Part shown: one piece after another, positions 26,562-38,337 of the stretch
Layout of the letters: every line of letters starts with the position of its first letter
Position numbering within the stretch: position 1 is the first letter of the stretch
From: Octopus bimaculoides
Taxonomy: Eukaryota
Assembly: GCF_001194135.2 (NCBI RefSeq)
Contig: NC_068996.1
Coordinates: 25,273,122-25,337,121, forward strand
DNA length: 64,000 nt
Direction of reading: 5' to 3'
The notes under the pieces: model-generated
Told to the model about the DNA's origin: nothing
Database searches by the model: none
What the model saw: the letters and a program-made list of their open reading frames with translations, nothing else
Position numbers and translations under genes: made by a program

Positions 26562-28199
26562 AAAGTGCAAGAGAGTTTAGTATAGGGTGGTCATTAACAA
26601 AGGACTTTAATACATTGTTGTTGGAGAGAAGGGTAGTGGTAGTGGCTTGAAGTAGAAAATACATTGGCTGATAAACTTATTTCTTTTGGTGATTAACATA
26701 ATTTGATATTTCTTTCAATAAACATAGACAATCACTTAACTAGGAAGTGAATGAATAATTTCATTTTTTTTTTTGTATCTAATCTAATAACGACTACTCA
26801 TGGACAGCAAACAATACCCCATCTTTTGATATTTGTTTTTAAAAGCTGGAAATGTTTGCTAAATTATAATTGACATGACTCATTAATTTCCCTTAATATT
26901 ATAGAAAAGAAAAGGTAAATAATGGCTTTAAAATCAACCACATATTAATGTTGCTAATATCAATTTCCTCTTCAGTGCTTAGATATTCAAAATATATTGT
27001 GCTTTTCTTATAAATATTTTCCCCATAAGTCATTATTTACTAAATATAAGGTTATTGCTGATTAATTGTGAGAAAATATATCTTAATAAAACTCTGTGAG
27101 TCTAATTCACATAATAGGTTTTTAAATGAGGTTTTGTTTTTGGTGAGGAACAAAAAGGGAAAATATATCAAATCAACTGAATGCTTTGAGAAAAATATTC
27201 ATTTAAAATATATTTCTGAAAATAAATTAATTACTTAATGTGATTTTGTATTTGAATATTATAGCATAAATTTAACAGCAAGTCATACCGACCTGGTAAA
27301 AGTGATTTAAAGTTATTTCTTACATAAATACAAAACCTTAGATTTATGGTGGTGGTGGGAATAAGTTTTTCTATGTGTGTATTAGTTCATGAGAGGTTAA
27401 GTAGCATCGGTCGTGAATTGAAACTCATTCTACCTTCAGTTGGTGCTTATCAGTAGTTTAAAATGTTAGAAATAAACAAGATTGGTATTTTAATAACAGT
27501 CTTTTATGCATTTTCCTTCATAGTACTGTATAAAGAAATTAAAAAAATAAAACAGAATTTTGTTTCATAAAATAACTAATTTTTTTTTGTTAATATTTTA
27601 ATCATTTAACATAATTGTAAACTTTTAAGAATTATGGATGTCTGTTACCTCTTCGTTACATTTTAATATAAAACTGTTTAATAAGATTAGTCACCAAAGC
27701 TGATATATATTAACATCTAAAATGTACACTGCATTGAAAAGTGAGTAGTTATAAGGCTTTTTCTGAATTATGATTTCATCTATCTGATAATTTTTAAAAA
27801 ATATCGTAGAATATATTGTTTAGGTAATGTCTGTAGGATAAGTAGTTTGGCAGAATTTGCAGACTCTATTTCCTTTTGTCAACTTATGGAAGAATTTGAA
27901 TTTGGTAATATGACTTAATCTTTTCACTGCTTTTTGTGACTTTAGTTAAATACAACAGCCTGTTAAGAAATTTAACTAGTCAAATTAAACAGTATCTATA
28001 AAACTTTATTTTCCAACATTAATTTATTTACTCAGGGAACCAAGTAGCATTGCAAGAGTTAATGTAAATGCATGATAGCTGTATCTTACTCTTTGCAAAT
28101 ATGTAAACTGTTTCACTTTGAGGGGTTGCAATTTTTTGGCTTAAATGACTGCATCTGTTTTTAAAATTCCTTGTCTTACAAGTTGTTTGGTGACTCTGC

Positions 28200-28449
28200 C
28201 AGTGCTAGTGCCACGTAAAAAGCATCCAGTCCACACTATGAAGTGGCTGGTATTTGGAAGGGCATCCTGCTGTAAAAACCATGCCAAACCTGACCTCACC
28301 TGTGCTGGTGCCATGTATTAAACACTCAGTCCACTCTGCAGGTTGGTTGGTGTTAGGAAGGTCATTCAGCCATAAAAACCATGCCAAGACAGTCACAATA
28401 GACTAGGGTAGTCTTCTACCTAGCTGGCAGATGTTAAACAATGATGACA
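28200..28449 (+). mobile_element. Retroposon 3' fragment with a tandemly duplicated ~85-bp module
   Basis: Two copies of GCTRGTGCCAYGTA...GGAAGG(G/T)CAT(C/T)C...TAAAAACCATGCCAA, then GATGTTAAACAATGATGA. Confidence 0.7.
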
Positions 28450-29116
28450 GACAGTAAATATCAAATGAATCTCTGTCAGTTTTGATGATGGAAATTCAGC
28501 TGTTCAGTCAACTGAATTACCTACTAGTTGAATTAAAATTCAAGTGTCCTAATATTCTACAGCTACATGTACCCTTAATGTAATCCTCAGGCAGAATCAA
28601 TATGACACAGTATGTGACAAGGCTGGATTTTTCAAATTACAGGTATAGTCCATTCTGCACAGTTTCTATCTAACCAGTTTCATTCACACAGTTTGGAATG
28701 ACTTTAGGCAGAGGTTAAAAAACAAAAACAAATTTGCTGTAGGTGCTGCATAGTGGGATCAAACCTAGAACCTTGTGATTCCAAATAGAACTTGTTAACC
28801 TTTCAATCACGTTACATCTAATGTAGCACTGATGATGACACGACGAGACTTTGTCTGGAGAGAAAATGGTTCATATGTTCATATTGTTTATGTATTTGCT
28901 ATGAAGTATCAATATAGCTCACACTTCCTTCAAAATATAAAATTGTTGGCCCATCTGACATTACTGCCTGAAGGTGATGACAGATAATTGCATTTATTTC
29001 TTATTGTTTCATGTCACAAGTGACATTAATCAGCAATATTATTATGTAGCTGTTCTGGTAGAAACATTAAGACTTTAAATTGATGTTGATACAATTAGAA
29101 ATTATAAGTTTCAATT

Positions 29117-29118
<2 letters not shown>

Positions 29119-29168
<50 letters not shown>
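29119..29168. repeat. (TG)25 microsatellite
   Basis: Direct reading. Confidence 0.95.
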
Positions 29169-29170
<2 letters not shown>

Positions 29171-29637
29171 AAAGAGAGAGAGAGATAATAACCAATTGGG
29201 TAACAAAATAAATTTAGTAAAACCATGTTTTGAAGGTTAAATTTAAATGTCTATTTCAGACTCAATCCAGGAAATGCATTTGTAGTCCAAATTGAGAAAC
29301 ATGTTCACACGCACATACATGGAAAATTTTAATTATTTTGTTAGTCTTTATATTTTTAAAAATTCATAATTGTTTTTGGCATAAATGCTTGCTTTTGTTT
29401 AAGCCCCGAGTCTGACATAACCAAGTAGAGCTTTAATCAAAGAATTTCTGGTCAATGCCATTGTCTTTTGATGATTAGCTTGAACTACATTATTCTATGT
29501 GGTAGGGTGTGACTTGAGAGAAACTTAGTTGGTATTTCTAGCAGGTTGAGTAACTATATAGGAGGCTTCATTGTTGTGTAGTTCTGTTAAGAGGTGGTAA
29601 AATCAAGTGATTTACTCTCAATATATTACTGATACTA

Positions 29638-29830
29638 AGGTGAGGAGCTGACAGAGTCATTAGCATGTCTGGCTTAGTAGTGTCTTTACATTCTGAGTTC
29701 AAATTCTGCTGAGGTCAGCTTTTCTTTTCATCCTTTTGGAGTTGATAAAATAAGTACCAGTTGACCACAGGGTGGAAATAATCAACTTACTCCTTCCCCC
29801 CACATTTCTGGCCTTATGCCAAAATTTGAA
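29638..29830 (+). mobile_element. Second octopus SINE family (B)
   Basis: AAGGTGAGGAGCTGACAGAGTCATTAGC...TTCTGAGTTCAAATTCTGCTGAGGTC...ATAAGTACCAGTTG. Inverse copies at ~23030-23230, ~25370-25560 and ~41210-41320. Confidence 0.75.
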
Positions 29831-30989
29831 AGCAATAAATTACTGATACTGATTTTACTAACTCAATCAATGGAAGCCAAATCAAAATGCACAATTTTTT
29901 TTATACTTTTATTATTCATATAGTGAAAATTCTTTTGATTATTCAAATTATGTTTTCAGTAGTTGTTTTTTGTGGATCATCTAATGTCTCCATAATTTCT
30001 GACTTTTCAGTTAAGTTATAGCTGTTCTTCACAGATGTTTTTCAATTATTTAGCATTTTCTTAGAGTTGTGTTGAATTGAACCAAAGACATGAAAGTGAG
30101 CATAGCCAAAACTAAGCTACTTAACTGTATTAGAGACTGACTGCATGAAGGAAGTAGTCTGGTGCTTGTCTCAGAAACAAATTACCAGCTTCATTGGTGT
30201 ATTCTTAGTTGATGGAATATGTCTTTAGTCAGTTCAGAAAAATTAACTATTCTTTTAAGTATATCAATTAAATTAGACTGGAATATGAATCATAAACTAT
30301 GCCTCTGAATTTCTTGGTTGACTTGCTTTCTGTAAAAGATATCTTCTATATAGGTGGTAATGTTCAGTTTGAGGTACATGTAAGATATTCCATAATCTAC
30401 TTCTGCAAGAAGCAAAATGTTTCTTGTTCTGTTTGTCTGTCCTTCTCTTTCTCCCTCCTTCCCTCTATGAGCAGACTAAGGAGTGGGACAATATGTAAGA
30501 TAGCGTATACTAGGAGTTTGAATTCTCTAAAGAGGAATTAGATGTGCAGTGCTTAGATGAGAGAAAAACTGAATGCAAGCAAAGATAAGTGATTCAGAGG
30601 ACAAGCAGATATTTGGTTGGATGACGTAAATGGAGGATTTAATGGGGGAGTGAGGTGGTGGTAAAAATGTTTATTTGCAGTGAAAGAACAGATATTACTG
30701 ATTTGTGAACTCTGGTTTTACAGAGGCGATTTTGCAGTCCAAAATGAGGAAGGTTTATTTGGTTTCTGTAAACATATCCTGCTAATGTCATCATGTTAAA
30801 ACAGGCATAAAAGTTACCTTCAGCAATAAATTATTTACTAGAACTTTCTATTATAGGTGGATGTCGAGACAATATGTCTCAAAGGGCATTATTGATTAGC
30901 TGAGATGTTATGATGCCTAAGTAGTCAATAGTGAAGTAATAGCATTGATACTATGTTATTGCTGTTTAAATTTGGGTTCCTGTCAGTTA

Positions 30990-31405
30990 TCATCATCATC
31001 ATTATTTTTGTTGATTTTTAATTTTCATTTTTTCCATCTTTGCATGGTTTGGAAGGAATTCATTTTGGCAGAATTTCTATGTCTGGATGTCCTTTCTATT
31101 ATCAACTCTCACCTCTTTCTAAGTAAGGTAATAATTCTCACTGGCCAGACATTTTTCATGGAAGATTGGAAACAAAGGACGCCATTCGTAGGACAGTAAC
31201 ACTCTTTTACATCTGTTATGCAATGTCAAGACAGAGATTCTAACATATATATGATGAGTTTCTTTCAGTTTTTGACTACCAAATTCCATTCACACAGCAT
31301 TGGTCAGCTCAAGGCTATAGTAGAGGGTGCTAACCACTGTATCATGCAGTGGACTGAACCTGGAGCCATGTAGCAAACTTCTTAACCACATAGCCATACT
31401 TGTCC
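30990..31405 (-). mobile_element. Full-length diverged SINE family A, tail type 2 with (GAT)n end
   Basis: (CAT)n at the left end, GGATGTCCTTTC module, CTTAACCACATAGCCATAC head at the right end. Confidence 0.75.
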
Positions 31406-32066
31406 AGCAATTTTTATTTAATGGAAATTTGTGTGTGGAGAAGAGTGAGTAAGAGAGTTTTAGATACTCAGATTAGCAGCTCAATTATATCCATAAGACA
31501 ATAACCAATCAGCTAAAATCATCACATGCGTGCACGCTCTATGGTACAGGTATTTGGTTTAATCGTCTCTTGAATTCTTTTGACGACTAAGCATATTTCA
31601 CATTCCTTTCACTGCATCACAATGGTGAGATTTTCTTTTCAAGGCCAGAATAAAGTTGTTGACACCATACTTTGTACAAATATTAGATACACCAGAGTAT
31701 TGCTTCCACATCTAAGATAGTTCTATCACATAGATTTATTTGGTCAGTTCTTTATTTAGCTCTCTTTATTATTATTTCTTTTTAAGTCTTTCTATCATAA
31801 CTGTAAGTTTTCTGTCCCTGAATTTGCTAACTCTGTGTACCATTTTTTCATAAATCCTGTCTTTCTTCCTTCTTAGATCTGAGTGGACTCCACTAAAGGC
31901 TCTGCACCTTACACCTCAACACATAACTCATTTCTTCTGGTTCAGTTCTGCATTTTTTCTGAACTTCAAACTAAACATAATCTGACATTGCTTTTAATAT
32001 TAAATGAGATTAAGCTGATAACAAAATCATTAAGGTACACAATACTGTGTATATTAATGTCCACTT

Positions 32067-32513
32067 GGTACAGGTGTGGGTATGTAGTTAAGAAGCTCAT
32101 TTAGGAACCATGTGGATGGAGATTTGTTCCCGTTATGTGGACATTATCAGCTGGTGTCCTCTACTATGTTTGCAAGTTGACCAATACCTTGTGAGTGAAA
32201 TTTTGTAAATGGAAACTCTGTTTTGTATGTATGTATAGATATGCGTGTGTAAGAAACAGCCTGTATTCCCCTTGTCTATGCACTCTGATTGTAAACACAG
32301 TTACTTTTCATGTAAATAGTGTTATTTGTTTGCAGTCCTCTTCAACTGCATGTCTAGGTTATTTGTTTGATAGACAAGAGGAAATATTACCTTGCTTGGA
32401 AACAGGTGAGGGTCAATGACAGGAAGAGTATCTGGCTGTACAAAAGTGTCTCAACATCTTGTCTGATTCATGCAAGCCTGGAAAAGTAGATGTTAAGATA
32501 TGATGATGATGAT
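32067..32513 (+). mobile_element. Full-length diverged SINE family A, tail type 2 with (GAT)n end
   Basis: Head GGTACAGGTGTGGGTATGTAGTTAAGAAG, module GGAAACAGGTGAGGGTCAATGACAGGAAGAG, tail GTTAAGATATGATGATGATGAT. Confidence 0.75.
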
Positions 32514-33394
32514 TAATGTCCAATAAATATTGAACATTTTAATTTATTTTTTTACACTTGATATTTTTATAAGATCTCAAATCAAGTATTTGCTTTGTGT
32601 TAGGAATGTTTTGGCATGACTAAATTAACCTCTGGCTTTTGTCTAATTATACACTTAATATATTTAAATTTGTATTTAAACCATATTATAAGAAATCATT
32701 TTAGAAATGGGAACAGCAATGTTGGTTTAGGCTTGTAGGCACAGTCAAAAAGTTTGTGGAAAACTGGTGTGTTATTTTATTTTTAAAGTTACCTAGCAGT
32801 TTAAATTTATGTGCCTGATGATAAATCCAGCTTTTGTAAACAATCCAAACTGCAACATTTCCGAGATTAGTAGCTATAAATATATCTGAATTTTGTATAA
32901 TATTGTAAGCTTCTATCATGCTCCATTTGTTGAACATGCTAGTTTTTCAGACTTGCATGTGACTTTCATCTTATGCTGGGATTCTTTCAAGTAATTGCAT
33001 ATGTTGTTCATCATAGCTCGACTGAATGCTCTGTGTATACTGTATATACAGGGTTTGCTTTTAATGTGTGTAATAGAGGGTTCTTATTTTTTTCTTTGTA
33101 TCTTATTGCTTATGGAAAGGCAAGGATTTGGTAGAAACTAACTTATGTGGTCTTTAATGTAGTGAGCATCAAATACTTAGATACTTACATGATGAAGTAT
33201 CACAAATTAATCATTTCACCAAGTGCCAGAGACATACTTTGGTCTTATTAAACCTCCTCAGTAACTTGCCAAAACTGTTAAAGTAATAGTCATTGAGCTA
33301 ATTATGTCTTTTCCTTGTAACCTTATTTTTAATTATGTATTAAATTCTTATATTAAATATGTTAACAGTAATTTAACTATTATTTCTCATGCAG

Positions 33395-33407
33395 ATGGCG
33401 TCTACAA
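33395..33407 (+). CDS. KLC: Candidate 13-nt microexon coding (R)WRLQ
   Basis: TATTATTTCTCATGCAG|ATGGCGTCTACAA|GTAATT. It keeps frame only together with the 14-nt exon at 34234. Confidence 0.45.
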
Positions 33408-34233
33408 GTAATTCAGTGATTTAGGTTTTAAAATATACTAATTTTTCATGCCTACTGGTATATATTTACTTAGTGATTCAGTATCTTGCAATTATGGTGA
33501 AATCTGTTTTATTGAAGAGGTTTCATAATATTGAAACATGTTTACAGTTGTCTCCCATACTTAAGTGATAAAATAATAATAGTCGATTAAGTTAAGGTTT
33601 TTTTTTTTGTTAGTATACTATTTATATTTTTCAGTTAGGTAATTAATACTATATTAAATGCTACATAGTTTTGTCCTTCATATATTCGGGTGTGACTTTG
33701 CTTTTCACTCATTCAAAATTGATAAAATCTGTAATATTTTACCACATTACAGTCAACTTGGCCCCTCACTTGTAAAAATTGTTTTTGTGCCTATCTGAAA
33801 AAAAGGGGTAAATAAATGATACTATTGACACAGACAGTAAAACAGCTGGTCTACTTGTAGTAAAATAGCTGAACTACTTGTTACCGCTGTACTTTTGTTT
33901 GCTGTCTTAACAATTTAAGATTAACCACTCTTGCAATACACTTTTCCATTTTCTCTTCCTGGAAATAAGTACTAGTTGCACATGCACACACACACACACA
34001 TTAAGTTCAACGACTGTGTTTCTATTTACTCTCAAAAGAAATAGCATCGTTGTATCTAAAACAGAAGATCCCATTATGCGTGTATGCAAACAAAACACAG
34101 TACTATTCTTGCTCCACCCAATGCCGATTATGTCCCCTAAGTAAGAGCAAATACAAATGCTATTACTTTTAGTGAGTCATTGGAAATCATTATTTGCAGA
34201 AAAGTTTTTTTTTTTTATTATTATTTATTGCAG

Positions 34234-34247
34234 GATCCATTGACAAC
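34234..34247 (+). CDS. KLC: Candidate 14-nt microexon coding DPLT(T)
   Basis: T-rich tract plus TTGCAG|GATCCATTGACAAC|GTATTG. The donor is weak. 13+14=27 nt restores phase 2. Confidence 0.4.
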
Positions 34248-35269
34248 GTATTGTTCCATGTACTTGAAGCACAAATTGTCCATCTTGTATGGGTTTTGAA
34301 TATTGACTAATATTTAAGTTTGTACTTTGTCTTGTCTTATAGATCAGGCAAATGTGAAATGGGAGGGCTACTGAAGAGGACAAATGCTCTCTCTGTATCA
34401 TTTCGATTTAACGAAACAATTATAATGCTGCATTTTTATTATTATTATTATTATTATTATTACATCAATAAACGAACAAGCTGTTAGAAAGCATGAATGA
34501 CTCGGCATCAAAACCGGTTAGCACTTTCAGTTTAACCACACCCATACTTGCAGTCACATATACACACACATCCACATTTATTTTTGTGTGTGTGTGCCCA
34601 CATATACATACACACTTTTAGCATGTACAAGACAAGGAAGGAATCTATGAATTGACTTATTTTATTTACATCATTATAATAGTTGTCACGTAGATATGTG
34701 CAACATGAATGCCAATAGCAACTGTTATGACTAAAAATATTGATTTTTTTTTTCTTTTTACTTGCTGATAGAAACCCAGACTAGACAGACAGAATGGAGT
34801 TTTTTTTTTGTTTTTTCTTTTTTTGTCTTAGGAAACAAAAAAGTATTTGTTGTACTGTCTTAAGCTTATATATATATATATATATATNNNNNNNNNNNNN
34901 NNNNNNNNNTATATATATAAATGATGATGATGATGACAATTATAGTAATAATCAATAATACTATTTTCTAACTTTGGCACAGTACCTCTTATTTGGGAGG
35001 GAATATGTCACTTTCTGTACTGGTCTGATATAAATATTGAGTAAAGAGAAATGGAAAAAATGAAATCCAGTCGAGTAGAGTTTCAACTCCCTAGAAATTA
35101 CAAAGAACCTTATTAGATGGGAACAAATTATTTATACTGCAGGGACACAATAATATATATTTCACTCTGGTGCTCCAGCATGACTACAGCTGTATGGTTG
35201 AAATGTATGAAAGAATATTATATATGTAGTGTGTGTATGTGTTTGTGTTGTGTATATATGTATACCTAT

Positions 35270-35300
<31 letters not shown>

Positions 35301-35904
35301 CAGAATGAAAGTTGGAATACTTAAATTATCTACTTAAAATTCCACCTTTTCTTTTGTTATAAGAATTGCTAAAATGTATTTTTTCCCAAACTCTTAGATG
35401 AACTATAATACTTCTAAGATATGTCAGAATTTTGTGTGTGTGCATGTATGTGGATAGGTGGGTGGTTGATAGGCTGAGTGAAGTGGGGGATAGTGGCAAA
35501 GTAGAACTTGGGATAATCCAAAACGTCATTTATTATTTCTATTCAAGTAGGTTGCTAGGATAATCTTTTTTAAATCCTGTTACAGCCTATCTAAAACTCT
35601 TAATTAAAATCTATTTTTAATGCTTATCATATTTGGCTTACAACCCTTTTTAATAGAGTTTAGTTGTCTTTTATCTATTGTCAGCATTATCTTTGTTTAA
35701 AATTATTCTTAAACTTGTCCTATGTCGTTGCTTTGAATAAATGTAAGTAGAAACTATTTCTTGGTTAAAACCTGAAGATTATTTTTGAGAAATGACATAC
35801 CACAAATTATATTGCAATGATCTTTTGCATTTTGTTTGTGTGTGTGGATGCTTTTGGATCCACACGTACACAGAGGTATGCAAGCATGCACACACACATT
35901 CACA

Positions 35905-35935
<31 letters not shown>

Positions 35936-36534
35936 TAAAATTGTGCATGCGTGTGCATGTAGTTATAAAAATCTGTTGGTAACAGAGGTGACCATCATTA
36001 TTGAATATAAAGTACTAAGTATGAGTAACATTTGTAAAGTGAAAAGGCTTGGTCAGTATCTGTGTTTATATCTGGAGTGGGAGAGTACTCCATATATGAA
36101 GCATATATATTTTATTAAAAGCTGAAGCTTCTTGAATTGTAACACTGAATTTTCACATTACAGATTATTTAACTTCTTCTGAGTGTGTGTATGTATGCAT
36201 AATACATGTAATTATATATGGAAAGTGTGTGTAGGTGTGTGTGGATGGATTGTTTGGTGAATATTTTGTATTTACAAAGTGTCTGTATATTTTATTAGAG
36301 GTTCGTGCTTCTTGATTTCTAATTCTAATTTTCACATTACAGGTTTGTGCATGTGTGTGCGTGTGTGGAACAGTCAGAACAAATTTAATTAAAAGGAAAT
36401 TTATTTAATCTGCTTGAATGAATGTTTTTGTTTTATTAATTTTTTTTATATCTTCTAATGGGACATTATACATTTATCAAAGTTTAACAATCCTGACATT
36501 GTTTTTAAACATTTTATTTTTCTGCTTTTATCAG

Positions 36535-36546
36535 ATATTTATTGAG
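36535..36546 (+). CDS. KLC: Candidate 12-nt symmetric microexon coding (x)YLL(R)
   Basis: Branch-like CCTGAC at 36492-36497, tract ATTTTATTTTTCTGCTTTTATCAG|ATATTTATTGAG|GTAAGC. Strong donor, phase 2-2, no stop. Confidence 0.6.
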
Positions 36547-36619
36547 GTAAGCATCTTTTAGTAGAATAGGCTCTTTGCTACTAATTTCTTTATTAAATTA
36601 TTTTGCATGGTACTTTTCC

Positions 36620-36665
<46 letters not shown>

Positions 36666-38297
36666 AATTCGTTATTGTAATTAATCTTTACTTTTCATTC
36701 TTTTTTTCAAAGTTCTGCTTGTTCAGTAATTTTTAAATTTATTTCTGTCTTTAATATAATAGTCTGAACTTTTAAAACTAAACTTGATTTATTGAAGTTA
36801 ATCATCTTGTGTTCAAATTTATTTTGGCGTATTTGTGTGCATATTTGTGTATGAGTGCATTGGTTGTTTTCTATGTATAAATAATATATGATTAAAATTT
36901 TGCTTATTCCTTTAATACTTTCTTTCTTAAAGTAACATTTTTAGACTCTTTTTCCCCCCCTCTTCTTTTTAGTTAATTGGTTAAGATTCATGTTTTTTGT
37001 AGTGTTTATTTTTGTCTCTTCCTTGCATGTTTCTGAAGAACTTCATTGTTAAATTTAATCTTCTAAGAATTTGTTGAGATATGAATAAAATATTCTTTCA
37101 TTAGAACTGTTTAATCTATTTTTCCATTGCTTCCTCTATTTTTATTCTCTCTTTCAATTATTTTCCCAATTTGAAAAACAAAAAAATTCCTTCTAGAATA
37201 ATGTGGAGGTAACCTCCTGTGTAGCTAAGTGGGCACTGAAACAAAAGTGAGTTGGAACAGAGAGATCTGTTATTCTAGTATAGTTGTTTTGGTGTTAGCA
37301 GTCTGATAAATATCAAGTTGCCTATGATAATAACTCTGAAATGTGTAAAAACACCATTACATCCTTAGACATATAAATATTAGTAAAAACCATCATATGA
37401 CAATCTTCTGGGTCAAAGGTTTTAAGTGAAAAGAAACCCAGATCCTTGATGTGCTAATAATCTGAATGACTGTAAGAATATGACAAATTTTCCAAAATGG
37501 CTTCAATGAATTTGTAAACATATTGGAGGCTTATGAAGCATATTTAAAAATGCCTAATAATGTAAATTTCTCACTTACAGTTCAGTTCGTGAATATGCCC
37601 AGTCTCTAAGTACATGGTAGCTCAAATTTTAGCATAGGTTACTGACTTCCTATTGAGTATTGAAATACAATTTTCTCTTCTTCCACAGCACAGGTCTATA
37701 TATAAATAATATAGATTTAAACAAGCCAAAGTCTTGGAGAGAAAAAAAATTCTTACTGCCAACATGCTTCTCTCTGTCGCTGACAATATCCATGAATTTA
37801 CACAGGATCCTCTAGATGGTCTCTCAGTTTGCTTATTAGATACAAATTAAATTATCTTCAAACTACATCTTAAAAAAAAGACATGTCATCTGAAAATATG
37901 AGAAGCCATGGTTGGCTTACTTGATTAGAATTGATATCATTATCATCCACAATCTGTGAGGGAGCACTGAGTCTTCTAATATTCCTTGCTCTTAATATTT
38001 GCCCCACCTCTGCATCTTCACAAAAAATTGAAAATACCCTTGATAACTGGTATAAAGTATCAGGACTGATATTTGACACTTTTAACAGCTTCACAAAAAG
38101 TAAAACCTGAAGAATTTAAGATTCTCTGTTCTGTCTTGTATTTTACCCTAAAATCTTTCAGTTTATTTACTTAAATAATTTACTCAGTCATCCACCATAT
38201 TTGATTTAGTAGCTCTCAATCAATAGCAGTTACAAACCAGTATTTTTTATTTTTTTAATTTTTTTTCTCAAGAACTTTGAAAGTTTTTTTTGGCCTT

Positions 38298-38337
38298 TGA
38301 CATCAACCTGTTCATATTGACATTAACCTGTTCATAT
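38298..38337. repeat. 20-bp tandem duplication with 1 mismatch
   Basis: TGACATCAACCTGTTCATAT followed by TGACATTAACCTGTTCATAT. Confidence 0.9.

Noticed and set aside
33635-33638. 4-nt segment TTTTTCAG|TTAG|GTAATT
   Set aside because: Implausibly short, and it breaks the frame of the five-exon chain. It does show that AG/GT decoys are easy to find here, which is a caution for the main finding.
33395-36546. Alternative reading of the three microexons from the ATG at 33395: MASTRSIDNIFIE
   Set aside because: It looks protein-like but runs out of frame into the KLC exon and stops after KEN (62834-62836). At most it is a uORF.
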